DNA of 64,000 nucleotides from Negativicutes bacterium. GTDB taxonomy: Bacteria; Bacillota; Negativicutes; UBA1444. Below are positions 1-9,829 of this stretch, piece after piece. The notes under the pieces are model-generated. The model was not told where the DNA came from, did no database searches, and saw nothing but the letters and a program-made list of their open reading frames with translations. The stretch is from NCBI GenBank assembly GCA_963665275.2, contig CAXXIN010000018.1, positions 32,001 through 96,000 of the forward strand, in the 5' to 3' direction. The translations under genes and the position numbers were made by a program. Position 1 is the stretch's first letter. The number at the start of each line of letters is the position of its first letter.

Positions 1-167
1 TCCATATGGATGTCATTGGTTCTTTCAGATTTGTAAACCAAAGCCGCAGCTTCCGCACTCAATTCAACGAAATTTTCCTGCGCCTGTCCGCATTTGGGAC
101 ATTTTTCCGGAGCCTGTTCCCCTTCGTAAACTAGGTTACAAACACTGCATTTAAATAGTTTTTTCAT
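1..167 (-). CDS. Rubredoxin-like (CxxC...CxxC) domain protein, 3' end outside window
   Basis: Manual translation MKKLFKCSVCNLVYEGEQAPEKCPKCGQAQENF...; RBS AAGGAG upstream; not in ORF track because it runs off the window. Confidence 0.8.
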   Translation of the reverse strand, partial: MKKLFKCSVCNLVYEGEQAPEKCPKCGQAQENFVELSAEAAALVYKSERTNDIHM

Positions 168-211
168 TGTTCACCCATCTCCTTTAAACAACTATATTTC
201 TCTATTAATAA

Positions 212-238
212 ATTCGCGCTGAAATATAAAAATCCTTT
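212..238 (-). promoter_or_regulatory. SigH-like promoter for the rubredoxin-like gene
   Basis: AAAGGA-N17-GAAT on minus strand. Confidence 0.5.
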
Positions 239-263
239 TGAATTATGAAAAATATGTTACCGA

Positions 264-636
264 TCACGAATTGTCTGCAACAAAGCGCGGGTAGCGCATT
301 ATGTCCCGGATCACGGGTGTTTGGCCAAGAATTTCATATCCGGACGGTAATTTGCTTTCCCGTCGATCGGTGATGGCGACGACTCCGGTTCCGGCAGCAA
401 TCTGCCTGTAAATATTGGGATGGTGGCGGCATGCATGCAGCTGGACATCGCGATAGGTTCGGCTCGGGGAACATATCCAGCAGTCGGGATTGGCGACGGC
501 CCAGATTGCTGAGAACATGATGAAATATGCGTACGAAGAGTTCGCTGACCAAGAGTTCTTCTGGCGTTTCGCACACACGGTCCTTTAATCGAATAATGAC
601 CTTGTGATCAACAATTTTGCTCGAAATTATATTCAT
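264..636 (-). pseudogene. Internally deleted remnant of a large anaerobe protein (family often annotated as atypical PEP carboxykinase)
   Basis: Good RBS and N-terminus MNIISSKIVDHKVIIRLKDRVCETPEELL... joins out of frame near 460 to RTYRDVQ...HPNIYRQIAAG...GYEILGQTPVIRDIMRYP, then stops; family recalled from memory. Confidence 0.5.
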
Positions 637-740
637 TCTAGTTGCACCTCTCTTTTAATGGTGATGCTATCCGACAAGAATGATAATTAGACACAATATT
701 ATGGATACCTGTCTGGTTGATATGTATATTTTTGAAAATT

Positions 741-801
741 ATTGCTAGACAACAAACAGCACTCCCAATTAAAACGGGAGTGCTGTTTGTTGTCTAGCAA
801 T
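741..801. terminator. Long perfect hairpin downstream of the amidohydrolase operon
   Basis: 26-bp perfect inverted repeat 741-766/776-801 with 9-nt loop. Confidence 0.7.
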
Positions 802-821
802 TCTGATGTCTGCTTTACCTT

Positions 822-1301
822 TTAGATGACACCTTCGAACTTGAGCAAAAACTGTGCAACAATCGCGGCGCAGATGAAAGTGCCTGTGTAAACCGAAAGG
901 GCTACGACGACGATGCGCCACGACATCATTTTGAATTTATCGAGGTCTTTGCCGAAAGACAGACCGGCGAAGGCCAAAATCGGAGTCGCCAGAGCCAAAA
1001 AGTCAACTTTTCCTGTATAATAGCCGATTTCTTTGGCCCAGGGAGAAACTTGCGGCACGGTTGACAGGGTGGCCAAAATGGAGACCCAGAATACCATGGG
1101 AAATTTGCCTGGGATATATTTGGAGCAAGCGATGCCGAGCAGCGCGATGGCGAACATGATCCCGTATCCAGTTGCGGCTTCCGCGATGAACTGACCATAG
1201 CTCATGTTTTTTCCCAGGGCTTCTTTGTAACCGACCGTATTGCCAATCACTGCGATTACGCCCATGACGAGGAGTATGGCAATTGCTTCAGACCATTTCA
1301 T
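822..1301 (-). CDS. Small integral membrane protein, partner of the DUF3100 protein
   Basis: 159 aa, hydrophobic, directly downstream of the DUF3100-like gene. Confidence 0.75.
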   Translation of the reverse strand: MKWSEAIAILLVMGVIAVIGNTVGYKEALGKNMSYGQFIAEAATGYGIMFAIALLGIACSKYIPGKFPMVFWVSILATLSTVPQVSPWAKEIGYYTGKVDFLALATPILAFAGLSFGKDLDKFKMMSWRIVVVALSVYTGTFICAAIVAQFLLKFEGVI

Positions 1302-1303
1302 GC

Positions 1304-2116
1304 TTACTTACCCCCTTCAAGACGTTTGCGCTGGGCAACGCCGATAATTGGCGATAACTTGTTATAGAGGAATACGGTGACCGGCAGCGAGATAAACAAG
1401 GCGAAATAGACGCCAATGATGGAAGTCAGCAGGTTGCTGGCGCCCGCATACATCAGAATGTCTTTGGCCATGCTTGGCACGGCGGCGGCGATAGCGCCTG
1501 AAGAAGCGGCCATCATGCTGCCGGAGCCTACCCCGGCGCCCATGGCTAGGGCGTAGGGATGGATAATGTTCAGCGAAGCGACGAATCCGGCGACAAAGCC
1601 GAGCCAGATTGCGCCGAAGAGGGTACCGCAGATATAGACCGCCATGACGCCGCGGCCCTCGGGCGAATCGAGGCCATATTTTTCAGCAATGATCGCAATG
1701 TTGGGCTCGCGGTCGATGGAATAAGTTGCGCCGATGGTTTCACGGCCCAGTCCCAGCATTAGAGCGATCGGCAATCCGAAGAGTATGGTACCAATAAAGT
1801 GACCGAGTTCTTGAAAGCAAAGGGCCAACCCGGACTGCATCAATTTGACCAGGTTGGGGCCCATGAGAACACCCAGCTTGGCGATCAGCATCAACGTGGC
1901 GAGACCAAGGCATTTGGCCGAGATGTTCATTTCCGGAATGGTCAATGCTTTTAGTTTAGGCAAGCTGATAACAGCGCCGATGATCATGGCGTAAAGCATC
2001 GGCAGGAACAAGAGAACGCCAGGACCGAGTGTCAATTTTTTCGTACCGATCATTTCACAGACGACAACAATGATGAGAGCAAGTGTGTGAACTTTCCAGG
2101 ACTTCAGAATTTCCAA
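1304..2116 (-). CDS. DUF3100-family membrane protein (putative transporter subunit)
   Basis: Motifs QELGHFIGTI, GATYSIDREPNIAII, AMGAGVGSGSMMAA; TTG start with GGAGG RBS. Confidence 0.8.
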   Translation of the reverse strand: MEILKSWKVHTLALIIVVVCEMIGTKKLTLGPGVLLFLPMLYAMIIGAVISLPKLKALTIPEMNISAKCLGLATLMLIAKLGVLMGPNLVKLMQSGLALCFQELGHFIGTILFGLPIALMLGLGRETIGATYSIDREPNIAIIAEKYGLDSPEGRGVMAVYICGTLFGAIWLGFVAGFVASLNIIHPYALAMGAGVGSGSMMAASSGAIAAAVPSMAKDILMYAGASNLLTSIIGVYFALFISLPVTVFLYNKLSPIIGVAQRKRLEGGK

Positions 2117-2171
2117 GAATAATTGCCTCCTTTTTTATGGGATTATATGCACTAATTTGGGAGCAAGATGA

Positions 2172-3479
2172 TCAACTGAAGTATTTGTCGAGCAGGGCCA
2201 GATACTCGGTCTTGGACAGGATCGGTTTGAAGTTTGCTTTGATTTCTTTGGCTTTGGCTGCCTGGTCTGCAAGCAAATCAATGACAGTCATGGCTAGCAA
2301 TTTGGCGGGGACGACACAGGCTGCAACATAGTCGGAGGCTTTGAACTCCTTGGTGTGGTGATTGCCGCAGGTGCCGCCGGTAAAGGGGTGCAGAGAGGGG
2401 ATGATGTGCGAAATATCGCCCATGTCTGTTGAACCGCCAAAATGTCCCGATTTGATAATCTTATCAGCCGGCATTAATTGAGCGGCGTTGGCGCCGAACA
2501 GCTCACTTAAATCTTGACAGGCGGTAATTGGCAGATATCCGGGGATCGTATGAATGATTGTTTCGGCGCCTACAGCATCGCCGCCCGCCCGAATCGCCCG
2601 TGTCACCTTGGCATAGGTGGCGTCGATGGCAGCCATTGTTTTGGCTCTCACGTATGTCTCCATCCGAACATCCGCCGGAACGATGTTGACCAGATCGCCC
2701 CCTTTGGTGATAATCGGGTGGACGCGAACAATGTCCTGTTCACGGAAAGTTTCTCGCAAGGCATGTACGCCCATCATTCCCAGCATGGCTGCATTCAGTG
2801 CGTTGATCCCCTGATCCGGCGCACCCGCGGCATGCGCTTCCTTGCCGACGTACTGAATCGTCATACCCACGAAACCATTACTGGATTCTGATAAGTTAAC
2901 CGAGGGTTCGGGCGAATCTTTGTCGGCGTGAACCATCATGGCTATGTCCACATCGTCGAATTCGCCGCGATAGACAAGTTCCTGTTTACCGCCGAGATAA
3001 CGGATTTTTCCCTGATCGCGCAGTTGCTGACGGAACGCGATTTCTACGTATTCTTCCGCCGGAACTGCCATGAAACTGACATTACCGCCCAGCTCGTCGG
3101 CGACTCCGGCGAGTTTCAGCCCCAGCGCTGCACCGAGCATCGCGCCGATTTGCAGATTATGACCACAGGCATGAGCTGCTCCTGTCTGCGGATCGGCATT
3201 CGGACTATCGGGGCAGGTAACGGCGTCAAGTTCACCGAGGATTGCCACATTTGGCCCCACGGCGCCGTGTTTGAGTGAAGTTTTGATGCCGGTGACGGCT
3301 AGCCCTTCACGACAGGAATACCCTAAGTCCGACAGGAACTTTGCTACGGCAGCCGCAGTTTTAAATTCCTTGTAGCCTAATTCCGGGTATTTTTCGGCTT
3401 CGCGGACGAAATCCACGATTTGCGCCGAGTGTTCGTCAATACTTTGACAAACGCGATTTTTAATTTCTTGCACGTCCAA
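2172..3479 (-). CDS. M20 family amidohydrolase
   Basis: PELGYKE, GELDA, HACGHN, PAEE, GSTDMGD motifs; TTG start at 3479 follows AAGGAGG. Confidence 0.9.
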   Translation of the reverse strand: MDVQEIKNRVCQSIDEHSAQIVDFVREAEKYPELGYKEFKTAAAVAKFLSDLGYSCREGLAVTGIKTSLKHGAVGPNVAILGELDAVTCPDSPNADPQTGAAHACGHNLQIGAMLGAALGLKLAGVADELGGNVSFMAVPAEEYVEIAFRQQLRDQGKIRYLGGKQELVYRGEFDDVDIAMMVHADKDSPEPSVNLSESSNGFVGMTIQYVGKEAHAAGAPDQGINALNAAMLGMMGVHALRETFREQDIVRVHPIITKGGDLVNIVPADVRMETYVRAKTMAAIDATYAKVTRAIRAGGDAVGAETIIHTIPGYLPITACQDLSELFGANAAQLMPADKIIKSGHFGGSTDMGDISHIIPSLHPFTGGTCGNHHTKEFKASDYVAACVVPAKLLAMTVIDLLADQAAKAKEIKANFKPILSKTEYLALLDKYFS

Positions 3480-3518
3480 CAGGCATCGACCTCCTTCTTT
3501 GTCTTCCAAAGTGACTAA

Positions 3519-3546
3519 ATTCGTGCAAACGTTGGCGAAATCCTCT
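3519..3546 (-). promoter_or_regulatory. SigH-like promoter for the amidohydrolase operon
   Basis: AGAGGA-N18-GAAT. Confidence 0.45.
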
Positions 3547-3660
3547 TTGACAGGTAAAAAAATAGAGCGTAACATAGTATTAGATGCAAATTAATCATTA
3601 CCTGTCCAAAAGCTTAAGATAGACCGCTTCGATACAATCTAAAGTCGGGAGGGGGATACT

Positions 3661-3894
3661 ATGCTTTGGTTTTTGATGATCGGTATTATTGCAGGTTGGT
3701 TGGCCGGGAAAATTACCGGGGGCGGCGGATTTGGCCTGATCGGTGATCTGGTTGTAGGGGTTATAGGTTCTTTTATAGGAGGTACCTTGTTCGGATACTT
3801 TGGGCTGAGCAATACCTACGGAACTGTTGGCGAAATTGGTGTGGCAACTGTCGGCGCGATTTTATTGCTTTGGATTGTGAGGCTTATCAGGTAG
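3661..3894 (+). CDS. GlsB/YeaQ/YmgE (transglycosylase-associated) stress membrane protein
   Basis: IIAGWLAGKI...GDLVVGVIGSFIGG...VATVGAILLLW signature. Confidence 0.9.
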   Translation: MLWFLMIGIIAGWLAGKITGGGGFGLIGDLVVGVIGSFIGGTLFGYFGLSNTYGTVGEIGVATVGAILLLWIVRLIR

Positions 3895-3911
3895 CTTGGG
3901 GGGGATGACGT

Positions 3912-4481
3912 ATGAGAGTTAAAATAATTTCTAAGGTGCTGTGTTTTGTGTTGGCACTGACGATTTTGTGCATTCCGAGCGTCAGCGCGGCGACTTTTAT
4001 GGAAAAACGCCAGCATATTCGGGATATTTCCGAGACTACCCTGTTGAAACTATATAGTTTGCAGCCCAAAGCGAGAAGCTATGTGGAAAATGCGGCGGGA
4101 TACGCCGTTTTCGGCAACTGGGGCGTGAAGATTATTTTACTGGGTGGCGGTACAGGCAAAGGCATGGCTGTGAACAATCGCAACAACCATGAAACCTTCA
4201 TGGATATGATCGAAGGCACAGTAGGGTTCGGCCTCGGCGCCAAAACTTATAACGTTGTGTTTATCTTCGAAAATGAAAAAGCGCTGAATGATTTTACGGA
4301 AAATGGTTGGCAGATTGGTGGTCAGGTGACTGCGGCGGCCACGGACAGTGTCTCTGGCAGTTCTTATCAAGGAGCTTTTTCTGTTTCTCCGGGGGTATGG
4401 ATGTATGAGATGACTGATAAGGGGCTCGCGCTTGAAATTACTCTTAAGGGAACCAAGTTTTCCAAGAATGACTTGAATTAA
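3912..4481 (+). CDS. Secreted Ysc84/SYLF-like protein
   Basis: Signal peptide; AAGYAVF, GGGTGKG, GFGLGA, GLALEITLKGTK pattern. Confidence 0.75.
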   Translation: MRVKIISKVLCFVLALTILCIPSVSAATFMEKRQHIRDISETTLLKLYSLQPKARSYVENAAGYAVFGNWGVKIILLGGGTGKGMAVNNRNNHETFMDMIEGTVGFGLGAKTYNVVFIFENEKALNDFTENGWQIGGQVTAAATDSVSGSSYQGAFSVSPGVWMYEMTDKGLALEITLKGTKFSKNDLN

Positions 4482-4588
4482 AAACTTCATGGCATATTAA
4501 CACTGCCCGCAATATCACTGGACTTGCAATATCTGCAGGAACAGTGATGTTTTTTGTTTGGCGCAGTCACATTCTCAAGGCTATTTCT

Positions 4589-4616
4589 GCAGGAACTATT
4601 ATGCGTTACGGCGAAT
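4589..4616 (+). promoter_or_regulatory. SigH-like promoter
   Basis: GCAGGA-N18-GAAT upstream of the PocR/SpoIIE gene. Confidence 0.5.
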
Positions 4617-4682
4617 TTGACAGAATATATTATCAATGTTTTGGAGTAGGGTCATCGCAAGAGGAATGGAGATGATTTCTGC

Positions 4683-7600
4683 ATGAAGGCTCGAGACAAG
4701 ATCGTTCATGACACCGCCAGGAAGGCCCGCCCGCTGAAACTGGCGGACATCATTGATGTTCAAACGGTTCAGAGCCTGATGGATGCTTTTTTTGAGCTGA
4801 CCCATATCGGAATCGGCATCATTGATATGGAAGGAAAAGTGTTGGTGGCGACTGGGTGGCAGGAGATCTGTATGCAGTTTCATCGGTGCAACCAGGAAAC
4901 ACGCCGGCATTGCATTGAAAGCGACACCTTGTTATCGGTTGGTGTTGAACCCGGTACCTTTAAACCCTATCGATGCAAAAATGGCATGTGGGATATTTCG
5001 ACGCCCATCGTAATCAGGGGCATACATCTGGGGAATATCTTTTTGGGGCAATTTTTATTTGAGGATGAACAGCCAAACTACGCTACTTTTCGCGAGCAGG
5101 CCCAACGATATGGTTTTAATGAAACGCAATATATTGAAGCCCTCGAACGGGTGCCACGATGGGAGCGAGCTACCGTGAGAAATGTGCTGGAATTTTACAC
5201 CCAACTTGCGAATCTGATCGCGGTGCAAGGAGTAAGGAATGCTGAACTTGCCGAGTCGGTGGATGTGCGCCAACGGGCGGAAGCGGCACTGATAGAGGCA
5301 AACAATTGGCTGGAGGCCGAGGTGGCCGTTAGAACCCGGGCCTTGACCGTTTCCAATGAAGAACTGACATTAATGAATGAAGAAGTAAAAGCGATCAATG
5401 ACGAGGTTACTTCGCTAAACCTGGAGCTGCAAAATATTAAAGGTACACTGGAGCAGCGTATTGCGGAACGAACTGCGGAGCTGACGGCAACACATAATGC
5501 GCTTGCTGCGCAATATCTGGAATTTCGACAGACACAGGAAAAATTGCATGAACAGGAAACTAGCTATTTTGCCGTAGTTCAAAATCTGGCAGACGGAGTT
5601 GCCTTGCGTGATCAATCGGACCGCATTCTGTATGCAAATCAGGCTTTTGCCGAGATGGTCCAGGCGGATGATCCTGACAGCTTACGCGGAAAATATTATT
5701 CGGAGTTCGTTCCAATGGAGGAGCGTGAAGAAACTTATCGTCGTACGGACAGTATTTTCAAAGGCGCCAAAATTCCGTGGAGGGAACATCGCCTGATCGG
5801 TTTGCGTCGCCAGACTACCTTTGTCGTTTCCATAGGACTTTTGGTTGAGCAGGGTGGGGATCCTTGTATCATGTCAGTATTCCATGACGTCACCGACGTG
5901 AAAAGCAAGGAGGCTATGTTGCAACGCAATGCTGCAGTACAGACGGTGCTGCGGGGCATTGCCGATGCTGCGTTGTTGAACGATTCACTGGATAATGTTT
6001 ATGTGACGATGCATTGTCTTATAAAAAGAATTCTGCCTGCGCAGAATTTTTATATTACCTTGCTTGATGAAACGACCGGAGAGATCAAGGTTCCTTACTG
6101 CGTGGATGAGACACGGACCGTTCCGGCGAGCAGGCCAATCAGCAAAGGCTTGACAGAATATATCATAAGTGAGGGGAAGACTGTCCTGCTGAGTGCTGCA
6201 GACCTTTCCCGCTTGCAGTCAGCTGGCGAAATAGTGTATTTTTTCCCCCAAGAGCAGGATTGGTTGGGAGCGCCCTTGGTGGACGTGCACGGAAAAATTT
6301 TTGGGGTTCTTGCTATTTTTGCTAATAATAGCACAGAAAGTTTTCAAAATGACGCAGTCGAGGTCATGTCGATTATAGCTGCACAGATTTCTTTGCTAAT
6401 CCAACGTAAACACGTGGAACACGAATTGATGCAGAATGAGGCGCGCTATCGGGCGGTTATGGAACAGGGAGCCGACGCGGTGATACTCTGTGATCCCGTT
6501 AGTGGAAAACTTCTTGAAGCCAACACCCGCTTCACGCAGATGTCCGGATACGATTTATTGCGCGATGGGCCTTTGACGCTATCTGATCTCCTTGCCGATA
6601 CACGTGACAATATTCAGGCGTATCAGGATGAGTTGAAACGGACCGGTTTTCTGCCACCCGAACGACGCTCTGGCTACCATAAGAGTGGGAGGATAGTGAC
6701 GGTCGAGCGGACCTGCACCTTTATCCGCTACCGGGATCGCAGTTTGATCGCAGTGAATATGAGAGATGTGAGCGAAGAGGTTCGTCGCGAGCAGGAAATC
6801 AACCGGGATGCCAAAATGGCCAATAAAGTCCAGCATGCATTGCTATCCAAACTAAATCCCTCCCCGTATCTTGAGGTTTCCACAATTTATGCGCCCCTCA
6901 GCTACGTGGGCGGGGATCTTTATTTCATGGATTGGCGTTATGATGCTCAAGTACTGCGGGGGTTTCTCATCGATACAACGGGACATGGACTGGCCACTGC
7001 TCTACATACGTCGGCCATGCATGTATTATTGCGCGAAATCAACGAAATGGATCTACCACTCCTTGAACAGATACAGACCCTCAATGAGCGGCTGTTGCAG
7101 TATTTCGATGCAGGCACTTTCGCTGGAGCGCTAGCTTTCGAGCTGGACCTACAGACCCGCGAGCTGCGCTGGGTGAGCGCCGGGATCCCCAAAATATGGG
7201 CAGCGACCCAACAGATACAGGGAACCATCATAACGCCGGGGATGTTTCTAGGGGTACAGTCCGATGAATCGTTTGAAATGAAAAATTTGTCAGTGAATAT
7301 TGGAGACTGCTTCTACTTCATGACGGATGGCATTACCGATCAGTTAAGTGATGATACGATTCTGCCCCTGGGGCGCTACCATGAGATGGTCGACTATTTG
7401 CACGCGTCCGTTCATTCAGAAAATTGCCGGGACGATTCGACCGCCATCTGTATCAGAGTGGCCGCATTGCCGCAAACGTCGGCGACCCGCGTGGGATGGC
7501 CCCGAATTATCCGCTTCAATGGCTATGGTGATTATCAACGACTCAAGGGGGAAGTGGCCGGTGTATTGACAGAGATTATTGGCTGGCCGCATTCTCTGGT

Positions 7601-7928
7601 GGAAGTGGCCGTGAATGAAGCCATCGCCAATGCCATGGAGTGTAGAGACGGGGTGCCGCGACCCCATCAGGCCAGGCTACGGTTCAATCATTTTGGCAGC
7701 AGGCTTGTTGTACGGGTCAGGAGTTCCCGCATGGGATTTGCCGGGAACGCGATGTTGCGACGGTTACGGGCCAATCCTCAGGATATATTTGCGTTTGGTG
7801 AAGATGCCGGAATGGGCCGCGGAATTCCCATCATGTTGACCGTCGCAGATCAGATGCTTTACAATAGTGAAGGCAATGAAGTGCTGCTGGCATGGAAACT
7901 TGGTTCGAATCGTCTCAGAGTGATGTGA
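4683..7928 (+). CDS. PocR-PAS-GAF-PAS-SpoIIE(PP2C) phosphatase with C-terminal RsbW-like HATPase domain
   Basis: PocR (ICMQFHR...YRCKNGMWD...GQF); PP2C motifs VGGDLY, DTTGHG, MTDG, DDSTA; EVAVNEAIANA and GMGRGI at the C-terminus. Confidence 0.85.
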   Translation: MKARDKIVHDTARKARPLKLADIIDVQTVQSLMDAFFELTHIGIGIIDMEGKVLVATGWQEICMQFHRCNQETRRHCIESDTLLSVGVEPGTFKPYRCKNGMWDISTPIVIRGIHLGNIFLGQFLFEDEQPNYATFREQAQRYGFNETQYIEALERVPRWERATVRNVLEFYTQLANLIAVQGVRNAELAESVDVRQRAEAALIEANNWLEAEVAVRTRALTVSNEELTLMNEEVKAINDEVTSLNLELQNIKGTLEQRIAERTAELTATHNALAAQYLEFRQTQEKLHEQETSYFAVVQNLADGVALRDQSDRILYANQAFAEMVQADDPDSLRGKYYSEFVPMEEREETYRRTDSIFKGAKIPWREHRLIGLRRQTTFVVSIGLLVEQGGDPCIMSVFHDVTDVKSKEAMLQRNAAVQTVLRGIADAALLNDSLDNVYVTMHCLIKRILPAQNFYITLLDETTGEIKVPYCVDETRTVPASRPISKGLTEYIISEGKTVLLSAADLSRLQSAGEIVYFFPQEQDWLGAPLVDVHGKIFGVLAIFANNSTESFQNDAVEVMSIIAAQISLLIQRKHVEHELMQNEARYRAVMEQGADAVILCDPVSGKLLEANTRFTQMSGYDLLRDGPLTLSDLLADTRDNIQAYQDELKRTGFLPPERRSGYHKSGRIVTVERTCTFIRYRDRSLIAVNMRDVSEEVRREQEINRDAKMANKVQHALLSKLNPSPYLEVSTIYAPLSYVGGDLYFMDWRYDAQVLRGFLIDTTGHGLATALHTSAMHVLLREINEMDLPLLEQIQTLNERLLQYFDAGTFAGALAFELDLQTRELRWVSAGIPKIWAATQQIQGTIITPGMFLGVQSDESFEMKNLSVNIGDCFYFMTDGITDQLSDDTILPLGRYHEMVDYLHASVHSENCRDDSTAICIRVAALPQTSATRVGWPRIIRFNGYGDYQRLKGEVAGVLTEIIGWPHSLVEVAVNEAIANAMECRDGVPRPHQARLRFNHFGSRLVVRVRSSRMGFAGNAMLRRLRANPQDIFAFGEDAGMGRGIPIMLTVADQMLYNSEGNEVLLAWKLGSNRLRVM

Positions 7929-7972
7929 TATAATATACTCAGAACATTAAAAATTTCGGGAGGTGCATCACC

Positions 7973-8431
7973 GTGACACGAATACGGAAAATATTGGTGG
8001 CGTATGATGGGTCTGCCCAAAGCAAAGAGGCGCTTGATTGGGCCATCGACCTAAGTTTGATGACCAAAGCACAGGTTATGGTGGTAAAGGTTATTGAAAT
8101 GATGTCTCTGCGCGAGATGACCGATTTGTATGAAGGCGGAGCACACGCTGATCTCTTGGTTGCTAAAATTGAGGAAATCCAAAAAGCTGATCAGAAATTG
8201 CTGGAAGACGCGATCAACGCAGTGGGTCAAAGAAAGGGAGTCGCTATAACAACAGCACTGCTTCATGGCAATGTGGCGGCGGCAATCATTGAGTTCTCCA
8301 AAGAAAATGACGTAGATTTAATTGTCGTCGGGACCAAAGGACATGGTGTTCTGGAAGAGTTGCTGATGGGCAGCGTGACCCGTAATTTGGTCAGCTTGTC
8401 GCGCATCCCGGTTCTGGTGGTTAAAGATTAA
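7973..8431 (+). CDS. Universal stress protein (UspA family)
   Basis: KILVAYDGS...DLIVVGTKGHG...LMGSV...PVLVVK. Confidence 0.93.
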   Translation: MTRIRKILVAYDGSAQSKEALDWAIDLSLMTKAQVMVVKVIEMMSLREMTDLYEGGAHADLLVAKIEEIQKADQKLLEDAINAVGQRKGVAITTALLHGNVAAAIIEFSKENDVDLIVVGTKGHGVLEELLMGSVTRNLVSLSRIPVLVVKD

Positions 8432-8467
8432 CTCCAATGGGATCAGTTCCGCTCCGGGTAATCGGCG

Positions 8468-8503
8468 AAAAGCTCCAGACCACTAAAATGGTCGGGGGCT
8501 TTT
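8468..8503 (+). terminator. Probable intrinsic terminator
   Basis: AAAAGCTCCAGACCA...TGGTCGGGGGCTTTT. Confidence 0.5.
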
Positions 8504-8540
8504 GTTTGAATCAGTGAAAGCAGAGGGAGGAAAGCGATTC

Positions 8541-8717
8541 ATGAGAAATATTGAAATGACTACCGAAGGCAACATTCTGACAATCAAGGTGGACCTGAGC
8601 CAACGTTTTGGCAAGTCCAGCAGTGGCAAGTCTACTATTATCGCCAGTACAGAAGGCAATGTATCGGTTCCGGGAAATGAAGAAATCAAAATTGGCTTGA
8701 ACATATATACGAAGTAA
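8541..8717 (+). CDS. Small conserved hypothetical protein (58 aa)
   Basis: Strong RBS GGGAGG; MRNIEMTTEGNILTIKVDLSQRFGKSSSGKSTIIASTEGN... Confidence 0.75.
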   Translation: MRNIEMTTEGNILTIKVDLSQRFGKSSSGKSTIIASTEGNVSVPGNEEIKIGLNIYTK

Positions 8718-8731
8718 AGGAACGGGATAGG

Positions 8732-9721
8732 ATGCATTTTTATTGTTCAGATTGCGGCAAGGTTTATCCAATTGAGGGGTTGGCATATCAGTGCGAGTGC
8801 GGCGGCCTGTTCAAACTTTATAAGGACAAGGACGCGCACGTTTCTGCAGCCGTGTCCCTGGGCGAAATGACTACACCTATGGTGAAGCGGACCCTGCAGG
8901 GACGGCAAGTTTGGCTAAAAGTTGATTATATGCAACCAACGGGGTCGTTCAAGGACCGTGGCGCATTGGTTATGATGAATAAGCTGAAAGAATTGGGCAT
9001 AACGGAAGTGGTGGAAGATTCCTCCGGCAATGCCGGGGCCGCGATTGCCGGTTATTGCGCAGCGGCAGGCATCAAATGCAGCATCTATCTGCCGGAAGAT
9101 ACTTCGTCAGGAAAAATAAAGCAGATCAATGCATATAAGGCCACTGTGGTAAAGATTCCAGGCGCGCGCGATGATGTAGCGAAAGCAATACAAATAGCGG
9201 CTGAAACTACTTATTATGCGTCGCATGTTTATAATCCGCTGTTTTTTGAAGGGACCAAGTCGTTGGCTTACGAGATTAATGAGCAGGTAGGGATTCCCGA
9301 CTATGTGGTAGTACCTGTCGGAAATGGAACCATGCTGCTCGGCGTGTTCCAAGGCTTCAAAGAAATAGGCAGGATTCCTCGTATTATTGCAGTACAGAGT
9401 GAAAACTGCGCCCCGGTTTACTGCAAGTTCCAGCATTGTCCGGCGAGCGAGATTAAAAAAACAGTCGCTGAAGGGATCGCGGTCGGAACACCGAAAAGAA
9501 TTGATGAGTTGATCGCGGCGGTGGAAGAAAGCCGGGGCGATTTTATCACAGTGGATGATGCGAGTGTAACGAGTGCGCAACAACTGCTGGGCTCAATGGG
9601 GTTTTATATTGAAGCGACTTCGGGCGCGGCTGTCGCCGGAATGCTGCAATACTTTGAAACAGCGGCAACAGAACGGTTCAAAATAGTAGTCCCGTTAACC
9701 GGGATGGGGCTAAAAAAGTAA
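8732..9721 (+). CDS. Threonine synthase-like PLP enzyme
   Basis: N-terminal CxxC..CxC; PTGSFKDRG; DSSGNAG; PVGNG; PLTGMGLK. Confidence 0.88.
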   Translation: MHFYCSDCGKVYPIEGLAYQCECGGLFKLYKDKDAHVSAAVSLGEMTTPMVKRTLQGRQVWLKVDYMQPTGSFKDRGALVMMNKLKELGITEVVEDSSGNAGAAIAGYCAAAGIKCSIYLPEDTSSGKIKQINAYKATVVKIPGARDDVAKAIQIAAETTYYASHVYNPLFFEGTKSLAYEINEQVGIPDYVVVPVGNGTMLLGVFQGFKEIGRIPRIIAVQSENCAPVYCKFQHCPASEIKKTVAEGIAVGTPKRIDELIAAVEESRGDFITVDDASVTSAQQLLGSMGFYIEATSGAAVAGMLQYFETAATERFKIVVPLTGMGLKK

Positions 9722-9752
9722 GTCTGCCAATGAAATCGGTATGAGCGAAAAT

Positions 9753-9802
9753 TAAGAGAAAAGCCGTCTAACCTAACCGAAGGTCCGACGGCTTTTCTCT
9801 TA
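9753..9802. terminator. Bidirectional terminator between convergent thrC-like and cheV genes
   Basis: 16-bp inverted repeat TAAGAGAAAAGCCGTC/GACGGCTTTTCTCTTA. Confidence 0.75.
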
Positions 9803-9829
9803 CAAGTTCGATATTAGATGGTATAAGTT

